64,000 bases of DNA from a virus, in the IMG/VR virus record IMGVR_UViG_3300045988_180399; one strand, 5' to 3'. Position numbers and translations under genes: made by a program. The notes under the pieces are model-generated. The model was not told the origin of the DNA. It did not search any database and worked only from the letters and a program-made list of their open reading frames with translations. Positions 47,238-55,954 of the stretch are shown one piece after another (positions within the stretch are counted from its first letter, which is position 1; each line of letters begins with the position of its first letter).

Positions 47238-47999
47238 ATGATTAAAAGTTTGAACAAAGCATATCAGACCGATTCCATGTATTACTGGTGTAACGCCGAG
47301 GGCGAGGTAAACTATCCCGGTTCTGGGTTTTCGACAGGTGACTCTGAGCGGCTTCCCGCTGCGGTGAAGGAACTGTACGAACACTATCAGTTCAGCCCCG
47401 GCTGCGACGCAAATCTCTATACGGTCACTTACAGCGGCGAGGATGGGATGCTCCTCACGACGATGTTCAACAGTAACTGGATGGATGTCCCTGCTGTCAA
47501 GGACGCCAAACAGAAGGCGAGGAAAGCGCTCCGCAGCATTGCAACGGAACTGACCAGACAGTGCAAGCCGTGGGGGACCGTTCTGTTCGGCGAGGATACC
47601 GACCCGGAGGGTGACGAAATTGCCCTGTTTGTCCCTGCGGAGGAGTGTGCGAGTCACTTTGAGGAAGCGGTAAAGCTCTTCGATGCCAGCGCCTTCTTTG
47701 AGCGAGTCAGGGACAAGGTTGCGGAATGCCGCTATCTTGTGTTCCTGAATAGCTCGTATGTGCGCGACGCGCAGGGCTACTTCCCCCAGCAGCTGTCCGA
47801 GGATGCTGACCCGATGGATGAATCCCAGGAGGGCAACTGGGCGGACTGCGGTGGTCCCATGCTCGTCATGGACGTATACGCAGCCTCCAAGGCCGAGGTC
47901 GCCCAGAAGATTGCCGAGGCATATCCCAATGTGGATATGGCGGTCTTCAAGATTCTCCGCTGCGACGGGGAAATGACAGAGGTGACGGCCCTTGTATAA
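47238..47999 (+). CDS. hypothetical protein
   Basis: 253 aa; RBS AAAAAGGAGAAATGAAAA. Confidence 0.5.
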   Translation: MIKSLNKAYQTDSMYYWCNAEGEVNYPGSGFSTGDSERLPAAVKELYEHYQFSPGCDANLYTVTYSGEDGMLLTTMFNSNWMDVPAVKDAKQKARKALRSIATELTRQCKPWGTVLFGEDTDPEGDEIALFVPAEECASHFEEAVKLFDASAFFERVRDKVAECRYLVFLNSSYVRDAQGYFPQQLSEDADPMDESQEGNWADCGGPMLVMDVYAASKAEVAQKIAEAYPNVDMAVFKILRCDGEMTEVTALV

Positions 48000-48204
48000 A
48001 ATCAAGAACTTGACGTCTCTGCTGCATACCGTGGAAGCCGGCAGATACGGCAGCCTACCCGTCTATACACTGCACGGGGAGAAGGTCTGGAACAGAATCG
48101 GCGACCGCGTGGAACTGCACCTTGGCAACGGAAATAATGTTCTCTGCTCTGAGAAGGTGTTCCGGAAGGTCGAACCCTTTCTGGAGGCCATTCCCAAGTC
48201 TTAA
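47992..48204 (+). CDS. small hypothetical protein
   Basis: 70 aa, overlaps upstream stop (coupled). Confidence 0.35.
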   Translation: MYKIKNLTSLLHTVEAGRYGSLPVYTLHGEKVWNRIGDRVELHLGNGNNVLCSEKVFRKVEPFLEAIPKS

Positions 48205-48210
48205 ACCTGA

Positions 48211-48243
48211 GCGCCGCCCCTTTGTGGGCGGCGCTTTTTCTTT
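48211..48243 (+). terminator. rho-independent terminator
   Basis: GCGCCGCCC-CTTTGT-GGGCGGCGC + TTTTTCTTTTT. Confidence 0.8.
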
Positions 48244-48264
48244 TTGTCTTTTCACACTCCAGAT

Positions 48265-48438
48265 TTGAGGTTCCTCGGTTCTTAGGTTCCAATTTGCAAA
48301 ATGCGGAGTTTTCCGTGCCTGCCGGTATGCTGAGACCATACAAAAGAAGTATCACAAACACAAAGAAAATTCAGTCAGCGTCCATACGGATACTGGCTTT
48401 TATATATCAAAAAAATTTCAAAAAAGGAGAATTAAAAA
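48265..48438 (+). promoter_or_regulatory. Conserved structured leader module, copy E
   Basis: GAGGTTCCTCGGTTCTTAGGTTCC; GCCGGTATGCTGAGACCATACAAAAGAAGTATCACAAACACAAAGAAAATTCAGTCAGCG; hairpin-2 TCC-ATAC-GGA; GGCTTTTATATAT. Confidence 0.7.
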
Positions 48439-48984
48439 ATGGAAAAAATGATTCAAATTGCAGAAAGCTACGGATGGGCAGTCGATATGGACAGCGATAG
48501 CATCGAATTTAACCAGTGCAGTCCGGCGGGGGAAGATTTCTCCTTCACGGTTCTGACGAAAGACGCATCTGACGCCGAGAGTCTTGCAGCCGAAGTCCGT
48601 TCTTACGCGGACAGCTTCGATACCGAGGAACACGTCAAGATGTTGGTCGATGCGCAGGGCAGCGTGAGTGGTGTGCCAGACATCAAGACGTTGGTGGAAG
48701 ACGCTGACGCCATCCAAGAGATGCTCAACGACCTTGCTGACGCTCTTGAAAATGGCGACGCCAACACAGATGACGAGGAGACTGAAGCCTGCGGCCTCGA
48801 AGGCACTTACGAGTGGCTTCTGAACAACTTCGACATCGACGGCACGGCGGGTCGCATTATCCACAATGTTTTGGAGTATGCCGACCGCATGACTGGCGAC
48901 GAGCAGTATGAGTTCTTGACGGAGATGCTGGATGGAACGATTGGTCTGTCTGACCGCGAAATCAGGAATCTCTGCTGGAACTGA
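48439..48984 (+). CDS. highly acidic hypothetical protein (candidate DNA-mimic type)
   Basis: 181 aa; >25% D/E, no basic patches. Confidence 0.45.
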   Translation: MEKMIQIAESYGWAVDMDSDSIEFNQCSPAGEDFSFTVLTKDASDAESLAAEVRSYADSFDTEEHVKMLVDAQGSVSGVPDIKTLVEDADAIQEMLNDLADALENGDANTDDEETEACGLEGTYEWLLNNFDIDGTAGRIIHNVLEYADRMTGDEQYEFLTEMLDGTIGLSDREIRNLCWN

Positions 48985-48999
48985 GTGGGGGATAACCCT

Positions 49000-49230
49000 A
49001 TGAAGAAACTGACTGTTTTCGACTTTTGCAGCCAAATCGGTGCCGCCAGCGATGAAATCCCTGTCGTAGTTCGCGTCGGCTTGCAGGAGATTGGGCATTT
49101 TCGCAGCCTATACCAGATTCCGGCAGTCGCTATGCCGGGTATCCTGGAAGCAAAAGTGACCTTCGTGACTGTCAAATGTACGCAAATTATCATCCAAGTG
49201 AAGATGAAGGATTACAACACAACCATTTGA
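49000..49230 (+). CDS. small hypothetical protein
   Basis: 76 aa. Confidence 0.35.
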   Translation: MKKLTVFDFCSQIGAASDEIPVVVRVGLQEIGHFRSLYQIPAVAMPGILEAKVTFVTVKCTQIIIQVKMKDYNTTI

Positions 49231-49252
49231 AAACCGAAAGGAGAAGATTTCT

Positions 49253-49444
49253 ATGTTTTATGTTTTGGATTTCCATTCTCACCGGTTCACCACCTGTGAG
49301 ACCGTGGAGGAAGTGAACGAGAAGCTCAAGCAGCTTCAGGATGCCGGTGTTGCCGAGGACGAAATCTCCGTCATCAACCGACTGGTCGATGACTGTGAAA
49401 TGAGTATCGACGCTTACCGGGATTTTGCACGCAGCTACTGCTGA
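49253..49444 (+). CDS. small hypothetical protein (paralog of 52190..52555 N-terminus)
   Basis: 63 aa; MFYVLDFHSHRFTTCETVEEV..KLKQLQDAGVAEDEISVINRLVDDCEMSIDAY vs MYYVLNFRGHEFVSCETIGDAMAQLNKLFAAGVPYDEITVINRAVDGCEMDVAAF. Confidence 0.5.
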   Translation: MFYVLDFHSHRFTTCETVEEVNEKLKQLQDAGVAEDEISVINRLVDDCEMSIDAYRDFARSYC

Positions 49445-49466
49445 ACGCGGAAAGGAGAAGTAAAAA

Positions 49467-50381
49467 ATGAATCAGGAAATTGTAAAAGCTGAAAAGCGAT
49501 TCGCAAACCACAAGGCACGCCTCGACATTCTGGACGAAAATGTGCGCGTTCTGAACTGGAGACAGCCAGGGACGCAGGCGTACGCGATTCGTGCGGTGAT
49601 GGACGGCTATCATGTGTATATCACCGGAGACCTTGGCTCTGCGGTCATCTGTCTGACGGAGACTGCCACTTTGAAGGCTATTTCCCGTTACTGGAAGACC
49701 CCTGGCTATTTCATGGAGAAATTCGTCTGCACAACGGATGACTACTTCTTTGATTACGACACAGCCAAGCGTGAGCTTCGCGAGCGCAAGACCATGTTAC
49801 TGGAAGAGTATAGGGACAATCATCCCGATATTCTCGAAAACGGAGAAACAGAGTATCAGTACGACCTCGACGAGAGAGAAACGGACCTGCTGGACGGCTT
49901 CAGCGCTGAGGAGGGCTTCGCGGCAAATCCCGATGCCTTCTCCGCATGGCTGGAGATGGACGCGGACGGCGTGGAGACCGTCCCGTATATGGGACGAACC
50001 ATCGCACACCGCATTTGGCTGTGGCTGGCCGCGTTCAAGATGGCCTATGAGGCGCTTCAAGACACCTCCACCGAGCGTTACACGCAGGAGTACCTGGACG
50101 CCATTGAGCGGAATACTCCACCCCGCAACGGCGCACCCATCGGCCGAGACTCCTTCGAGTGGGCCGGATGCGCAGAAGAGTTGAGTGTCTGCAACGTAGC
50201 ACATCTGCTGGCTGCCGCCAAGCGGACGCCGGGATATTTTCAGGTTCGTTCCGCGCTCTGCGGTATGCCTGTCATCAGAGAGCGTTATGCGGACACAATG
50301 GCACTGCTCAACAAGGTAAAGGGTACAGACGCCTACGATATCCTTGCCCAGCTGATGCAGCAGGCGGAAAGGGAGGCGTAA
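49467..50381 (+). CDS. hypothetical protein
   Basis: 304 aa. Confidence 0.5.
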   Translation: MNQEIVKAEKRFANHKARLDILDENVRVLNWRQPGTQAYAIRAVMDGYHVYITGDLGSAVICLTETATLKAISRYWKTPGYFMEKFVCTTDDYFFDYDTAKRELRERKTMLLEEYRDNHPDILENGETEYQYDLDERETDLLDGFSAEEGFAANPDAFSAWLEMDADGVETVPYMGRTIAHRIWLWLAAFKMAYEALQDTSTERYTQEYLDAIERNTPPRNGAPIGRDSFEWAGCAEELSVCNVAHLLAAAKRTPGYFQVRSALCGMPVIRERYADTMALLNKVKGTDAYDILAQLMQQAEREA

Positions 50382-50382
50382 A

Positions 50383-51165
50383 ATGAGCATGACAATCTTC
50401 GATGCGTGGCACATCGGAAAGCCGCAGAGTATCTACGACCTCACGATTATGGCGCGTTGCGTACAGGGTATTCAGGAAGAAACACGAGCGGCGGATATCG
50501 CCGAAGATGTAGTTTCTTCTGCCTTGCTGCCGTGGCTCAGAAGCGCTCTTGAGTTCTTCGGAGATGATGCGGCGGATGAATTCGCCATTCTCGTCGGCGG
50601 CGCGGTCTACCCCGTCTTACTGCGGAATTCGTGGCGAGCCACATGGTTATTCCCGTCTGAGGAGCGCAAAGGCTTGGAGGAGTTCCTGACCAAACATCTG
50701 GAAGGGAACGATGTCCCCAATCGCAAAGAAAGCATGGAAAATTTGCAGGTTGTCTGCGAGGCGGTCTACGAATTCTCCGCGCAGTCCAGTCCGAGCCTCT
50801 GCTTCCTGAGCGATTCTGCCGGGAAAGACGTCTATGTAAGGGGTTTTGGCTTAACAAAAAAAGCCACCCAGTACCTTGATTCGCTCTATGAGCGTTTCGA
50901 GTATACGAACGCCTGCGAAATGGACGAACGCGATTTCCCCGCGCTGAAGAAGCAGCTCGCCGCGTCTTCGGATAAGGCGGCGCTGCTCAGCAAGGCACAG
51001 GAGGAACGCGGTGCGCTCTGGGATGACGCTCTGAATGGCTGTACGCGGTTCAAGGATGCTGCCCTTACTTTCGACCTGGATGACACGGGAAATAAAGCAA
51101 AAAAGGTCGCGGAGCTTCGCAAGGCAGCCAAAATCATTTTTGAAAAAGGTAAAGGAGAAAAATGA
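50383..51165 (+). CDS. hypothetical protein
   Basis: 260 aa. Confidence 0.5.
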   Translation: MSMTIFDAWHIGKPQSIYDLTIMARCVQGIQEETRAADIAEDVVSSALLPWLRSALEFFGDDAADEFAILVGGAVYPVLLRNSWRATWLFPSEERKGLEEFLTKHLEGNDVPNRKESMENLQVVCEAVYEFSAQSSPSLCFLSDSAGKDVYVRGFGLTKKATQYLDSLYERFEYTNACEMDERDFPALKKQLAASSDKAALLSKAQEERGALWDDALNGCTRFKDAALTFDLDDTGNKAKKVAELRKAAKIIFEKGKGEK

Positions 51166-51578
51166 CAATGAGAACACTGGTGCGTTTTGAGTATGACATT
51201 GAGAATGTGAAGCTGTTCGATATCGTGGATGGCGGCGCTGTGCATGGCGCGTTCAACGGCAACCTGACCATTTACTTCGACATGAGTGAGGATGGGAAGT
51301 TGCTGGATGAATCCAAGCAGGCGCTCCGTCTGGAGGCGCGGCGCATCTGCCGTGCGCTCAAGAGCCGGGGGATGAATGCTACCGTGTCCATCCTGAACGC
51401 CGATACGAAGGCCGTATATGGCCGCGTGTTTGCGGAGCACCCTGAAATCTTCACGCTTCTCCTGTGGAACCACGGGAGAGGGAATGACCTGTCGAAGGAA
51501 CAGCACGCGCTTACGCCGTCCGGCGTATACAAGGCGCTGGAGCGTATCCTCACGGACATTCGTTCCAACGCGGCGTGA
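51162..51578 (+). CDS. hypothetical protein
   Basis: 138 aa, 4-nt overlap with upstream. Confidence 0.45.
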   Translation: MTMRTLVRFEYDIENVKLFDIVDGGAVHGAFNGNLTIYFDMSEDGKLLDESKQALRLEARRICRALKSRGMNATVSILNADTKAVYGRVFAEHPEIFTLLLWNHGRGNDLSKEQHALTPSGVYKALERILTDIRSNAA

Positions 51579-51594
51579 GAGGGGAGGCGGAGAC

Positions 51595-52140
51595 ATGGGA
51601 TGCTTTTCCTGGCTTTTTGCCGATACTGACAACACACAGAACCTGCGTATTGACCGGGCAGGCTATATTGCCTGCCCGGACGGAACCTTTATCCACGAGC
51701 AATGCTATGAAGGCTACGGCGAGTTCAACGGGCAGGATGTGTACGAACTGGTCGTTCGGTGGAACCGCGCATTCATCGCGGAGAATCCGGACTTCCTGCT
51801 TCCGCATATCCACCGCTTCTACAACGGGAGCGTAAAGCAGTGCCGTCTGAAGGATTTCAGATGGTATCCGGTCATTGCAGACCTGTCCATCCCGTTTGAG
51901 CAGTTGCGTGACGCGCTCGACAAGCATCTGAGGGAAACCGTCAGCTTATACCGGCCCTATAGTGCCGAGCTTCGCGGCGTCGGCATCGACATTGCCTGCT
52001 ACAACGAGGACAACGCAGCTCTTCCGTATCCCATCAAGATTACCCGGAAGATGCGGGGAGTCCACTATAAAGACCTCCCAGCAAGTAAAAGGGACCCGGA
52101 ACAGGGAATGGTAATCTACCGTGCCGAGAGATGGCAATAA
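51595..52140 (+). CDS. hypothetical protein
   Basis: 181 aa from ATG 51595 after GAGGGGAGG. Confidence 0.45.
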   Translation: MGCFSWLFADTDNTQNLRIDRAGYIACPDGTFIHEQCYEGYGEFNGQDVYELVVRWNRAFIAENPDFLLPHIHRFYNGSVKQCRLKDFRWYPVIADLSIPFEQLRDALDKHLRETVSLYRPYSAELRGVGIDIACYNEDNAALPYPIKITRKMRGVHYKDLPASKRDPEQGMVIYRAERWQ

Positions 52141-52189
52141 TTTTTTCAAGTTCGATATTCTTGGAGACGTATAAGAGGAGGTATTTGAT

Positions 52190-52555
52190 ATGTACTATGT
52201 TCTTAACTTTAGAGGTCACGAATTTGTGTCCTGCGAAACCATCGGCGATGCCATGGCTCAGCTGAACAAGCTGTTCGCAGCCGGCGTGCCTTACGACGAA
52301 ATCACCGTCATCAACCGTGCAGTTGATGGTTGTGAGATGGATGTGGCCGCATTTATGGAGCATCGGAAAGCTTACGAGCTGGAGGAATCCGCGCCCGATA
52401 ACGACAAGCAGCACACTGAGTTGGAGGAATACTCCTCCGCGTACTGCAACTGCTGCGGGCTGGATTTCGATATTTCCGGCTGGCCCATCGTCTGCCCCAA
52501 CTGCGGGGCGGAATACGACGCGGACAAGCCCTATATCGTTGAGCTGTCCCGGTAA
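52190..52555 (+). CDS. hypothetical protein with C-terminal zinc ribbon (paralog of 49253..49444)
   Basis: 121 aa; CNCCG...CPNCG. Confidence 0.5.
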   Translation: MYYVLNFRGHEFVSCETIGDAMAQLNKLFAAGVPYDEITVINRAVDGCEMDVAAFMEHRKAYELEESAPDNDKQHTELEEYSSAYCNCCGLDFDISGWPIVCPNCGAEYDADKPYIVELSR

Positions 52556-52573
52556 GCGCCGGGACATGGAGGA

Positions 52574-52603
52574 AGGAGGCTGCTTTTGCAGCCTCCTTTT
52601 TTC
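52574..52603 (+). terminator. rho-independent terminator
   Basis: AGGAGGCTGC-TTTT-GCAGCCTCCT + TTTTTT. Confidence 0.75.
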
Positions 52604-52794
52604 TGCAAAATCCTGCAAAACAGCGCATACGGTGCGTACAACCTCATGTGCTACAATCCTGACACGGGCTGCGGCGTGGTCGTACTTACCTCCGGAGCCA
52701 GCGGAAAGAAAGATACCGCCGGCATCTACGCTGTGTGCGGAGAAATCAGTAACCTGCTTTTTGGCGCAAACCCCTGAATTATCTTTCCGGAACA

Positions 52795-52828
52795 GAAGCG
52801 TCGCCCATCACGGGCGACGCTTTTCTTT
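52795..52828 (+). terminator. rho-independent terminator (second, tandem)
   Basis: AGCGTCGCCC-ATCAC-GGGCGACGCT + TTTCTTTG. Confidence 0.7.
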
Positions 52829-53004
52829 GTGGTTCTTTGGTTCTCAGGTTCCTTGAAATAGAATAAAGCGTTTTCTTCATCCGCCGGTATGCTGAGACCA
52901 TACAAAGGAAGTATCACATACATAAAGAAAGTTCAGTCAGCATCCCTTGCGGATGCTGGCTTTTATATATCACCTAATAATTCACGAAAAGGAGAAATGA
53001 AAAA
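52829..53004 (+). promoter_or_regulatory. Conserved structured leader module, copy F
   Basis: GGTTCTTTGGTTCTCAGGTTCC; hairpin-1; hairpin-2 perfect CAGCATCC-CTTGC-GGATGCTG; GGCTTTTATATAT; AAAAGGAGAAATGAAAAA ATG. Confidence 0.7.
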
Positions 53005-54201
53005 ATGAGCAACAAGATTTTTGACGATTTCCAAGAAATGTTCCATGACGAGTCGGAATTTATCGACTCTATCCGGGACATGGAAAACAACAGTGAGTGG
53101 CTCCCCGAAATCCCTCGCAAAGAGCTTCAGGTCATTCCTCTGGATGGGCCGATGTTCGTAGCGGACGCTGTGGCAAAGTATGGCGTTGACCATGATACGG
53201 CACATGATACCGCCGTCAACGATTTGCATGGTGGTTACGGTACGAACCTCATGGTTCAGTATCAGGGCACGACCTGGTGCCTGCGTGATACCGGTCGTGC
53301 GACACTCTACACCACCGCCGGTTTGATTGGACCCGCCAATGCGAACATGGTGAAAGCGGAAGGGTTTGCCGACCTTGCGCAGTGCTTGAATATCGCTCTG
53401 CGGTATGCCAAGGGAAACGGGCTTCTCCTGCTGCGTTATGGCAAACTGTCCGCGCTGCACAGCGGCGCATCCGACGGTTACGCTATAATGCGCATCAGCG
53501 AGTTGGTCCGTATCACAAAGGAGAAGCTGAACAACCGATTCGGCGTCCCGAAGTTCAAGGAAGGGTTCAATTCCCATAGCTATACCAGCGCTGTCTGGGA
53601 GTTGCCCGACGTCCGAGACGAACTCATTGATAAGTACCAGAAGGCGCTATCGAACGCAGTCTCTCGGAATCACGCCATCAACTGGATTCCTGTTGTCCGT
53701 CTGTCTACCAGCGACACGGCGACCAGTTCGGCGATTCTGATGCCGAAGCTGATGTCCCCCGGCGGTTCCTTCTCCTTTGCCATTGGAAAGGGAATCCGTG
53801 TCGAGCACAAGAAGCAGGCGGCAGGGAAGTACGGCCTGGAGAAATTTGAGGACGAAGCGGGCGGACTGTATGCGCTATTTGAGGATGGCGCAGCAATGAT
53901 GCAGAAGATGGGAAGCATGGAAATTTCCAATCCCGTCAACTGCCTCGTTGGCATCTGCTCCTACCTGAAAATCCCCAGAAAGTATGCTGACCCTGCGCGT
54001 GAAGAAGTTGATACCTTTGCTATCAACTCCCCGCGTATGTCTGCGCTGGACATCTACCTGAGCATGGCACAAATTCCCACCTACGCCAAGCACGCAGGTG
54101 CGAGCGATGCGAAGGTTCTGGAGTTGGAAGAGCTTATCGGAAAGACGCTGAACCTCAACTGGTCCGATTATGACATCGGTGGAACAGTTGCTTGGAAGTA
54201 A
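53005..54201 (+). CDS. hypothetical protein (size/position compatible with DUF932-type plasmid leading-region protein; unverified)
   Basis: 398 aa. Confidence 0.45.
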   Translation: MSNKIFDDFQEMFHDESEFIDSIRDMENNSEWLPEIPRKELQVIPLDGPMFVADAVAKYGVDHDTAHDTAVNDLHGGYGTNLMVQYQGTTWCLRDTGRATLYTTAGLIGPANANMVKAEGFADLAQCLNIALRYAKGNGLLLLRYGKLSALHSGASDGYAIMRISELVRITKEKLNNRFGVPKFKEGFNSHSYTSAVWELPDVRDELIDKYQKALSNAVSRNHAINWIPVVRLSTSDTATSSAILMPKLMSPGGSFSFAIGKGIRVEHKKQAAGKYGLEKFEDEAGGLYALFEDGAAMMQKMGSMEISNPVNCLVGICSYLKIPRKYADPAREEVDTFAINSPRMSALDIYLSMAQIPTYAKHAGASDAKVLELEELIGKTLNLNWSDYDIGGTVAWK

Positions 54202-54260
54202 GTGATTACGGCGGTGTGTGGAGCAATCCTACACCGCCGCCCATAAAAGGAGAACTGCTT

Positions 54261-54509
54261 ATGTATGTCGAAAAGACAGATACCTACACCTGCGATTTCT
54301 GCGGCCACAACGCGAAGTGGGACGCCTCCGATGACGTCCACGGGGAACTGTGGTCGTGTGAGGCGGAAGGCTGCGGAAAGGTTTTTTGCTCCAAGTGCTT
54401 CATCAGCGCGTTTGGACAGGAAATCTACATGACCATGATGCAGAGCGGCGAGAACGTCCTCTGCCCGGAATGCGCGAAGAAAAAGTACAAAAAGGAGAAT
54501 GAGAAATGA
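54261..54509 (+). CDS. small zinc-ribbon protein
   Basis: 82 aa; CDFCGH...CEAEGCG..CSKC...CPEC. Confidence 0.45.
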   Translation: MYVEKTDTYTCDFCGHNAKWDASDDVHGELWSCEAEGCGKVFCSKCFISAFGQEIYMTMMQSGENVLCPECAKKKYKKENEK

Positions 54510-55873
54510 GTTATTTTGAATGCAATCTGCCTGATTCCTGCCCGCACATCTGTGCAGGAAAACGGTCCTACTTTGAGGACACGGTGAAAGTCATTAAGGC
54601 CCGTATGGCAAAACTTGATGACGCGCTCGCAAAGTCCGGCATGGACGGCGCGGCGTTCGCGAAGACGGCCAAAATCCTGTTTGACAACAGCTTTGACCTG
54701 TTCGAGCGGATGGACGGCGTGGAACTTGCCATGTGGGTGCAGAACAGCTACGACGGAAAGCCTGTCGAGCATCGCTTCGAGTGGCCGAATGCGGAGGTTG
54801 TCGTTGACTGCGCTTTCGTGCAGACGAAAGAGTGGGAGGCCCTTCGTCACTTCGGCATCGGCGGCTCTGACGCCGCCGCCATCCGTGGCGAGAGCCGGTA
54901 CAAAACGGCGCAGGAGACCTACCACGACAAGGTGGGCACCCCTGAACTCATTCCGTCTAATGATGCCCAGGCCGTCTTCGAGCGTGGACACATCATGGAG
55001 GATAGAGTCATTGACGCCTTTCTGAAGCTGACTGGCTTCAAGCGGATTCCCGAAACACGGATGTTCCGTTCCCGGAAGTACCCGCATCAGACGGCGAACA
55101 TTGATGGCATTGTCATCTCGCCGGATGGCCGCATCTTTGTCTTTGAGGCGAAAACGACCGTCGCGGAAAACTGGGACGCATGGAAAGACGGCAAGATTCC
55201 CCGCTCTTATGTCCCGCAGACGCGCCAGTATCCGGCAGTGCTGGATGATGACCGCGTGCAGGGAACATACATTGGCTGCCTGTTCATCGTTGACCTTATC
55301 GTTGGCGGACTTTACGTCGGCAGTGCGTACAGCGGCGAGCAGTTCGTCGCCCGCTGCGTCGAGCGCGATAAGCTGGCGGAAGATGACCAGCTGGCAAACG
55401 GAGAAGAGTGGTGGAACACCTATGTGGAGCCGAATGTGGAGCCGGAGGCTTCCGGTATCCCGAAGAAGGATATCGAAGTCATCCGAACCTATCACAGCGG
55501 CTATGCAGACCCCAGTGCCGATGCTGTCGATATGACGCACGACTTGGATATGCTGGCCGCCGCAAATGAGTGGCTCACGCTTGGTGAAAACCGCGCCGCG
55601 AAGCAGAAGGAAGTCGATGCCATCAAGGAGCGCCAGGATGCTATCTCTGAATTGTTCATGCTCAAGCTGAACGACGCCGTAGAGGGACGTATCAATCTTC
55701 CCGACAATGAGTTTATGGAAGTCAAATGGAGTCCGCGTTCGAGAACGAACGTGGATATGGAAACTCTGAAAATCCGCTTCCCTGATGCGTACAATCAGTG
55801 TGTGTCAGTAAATCCGGAAAGTTCACGGGTCTTCAGCATCAAACGGAAAAAGGTGCGTACTCGCAAAAAGTGA
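54506..55873 (+). CDS. YqaJ-like / lambda-exonuclease-type PD-(D/E)XK recombination exonuclease
   Basis: 455 aa; YqaJ motif LRHFGIGGSDAAAIRGESRYKTAQETY, catalytic D..E.K in NIDGIVISPDGRIFVFEAKT; overlaps upstream stop (ATGA). Confidence 0.6.
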   Translation: MSYFECNLPDSCPHICAGKRSYFEDTVKVIKARMAKLDDALAKSGMDGAAFAKTAKILFDNSFDLFERMDGVELAMWVQNSYDGKPVEHRFEWPNAEVVVDCAFVQTKEWEALRHFGIGGSDAAAIRGESRYKTAQETYHDKVGTPELIPSNDAQAVFERGHIMEDRVIDAFLKLTGFKRIPETRMFRSRKYPHQTANIDGIVISPDGRIFVFEAKTTVAENWDAWKDGKIPRSYVPQTRQYPAVLDDDRVQGTYIGCLFIVDLIVGGLYVGSAYSGEQFVARCVERDKLAEDDQLANGEEWWNTYVEPNVEPEASGIPKKDIEVIRTYHSGYADPSADAVDMTHDLDMLAAANEWLTLGENRAAKQKEVDAIKERQDAISELFMLKLNDAVEGRINLPDNEFMEVKWSPRSRTNVDMETLKIRFPDAYNQCVSVNPESSRVFSIKRKKVRTRKK

Positions 55874-55954
55874 TGCTTCTTCATTGAGAGGAGAAATGAA
55901 AAAATGAGACACATCAGCCACAGACGCTGTGCCTCCGGAAGGAGGTGACAGCCT

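Noticed and set aside
52997-53008. Mini-uORFs (ATG AAA AAA TGA = MKK-stop, MKND-stop, MKHE-stop) overlapping true starts at 40005, 47221, 52997, 55889, 63021
   Set aside because: The upstream ATG lies only 2 nt after the GGAG Shine-Dalgarno, which is too close for initiation. The conserved AAATGAAAAA is more likely an A-rich SD-start spacer common to the leader-module 3' end. The 55904..55948 MRHISHRRCASGRR ORF upstream of the RecD2-like gene is probably the same artefact.
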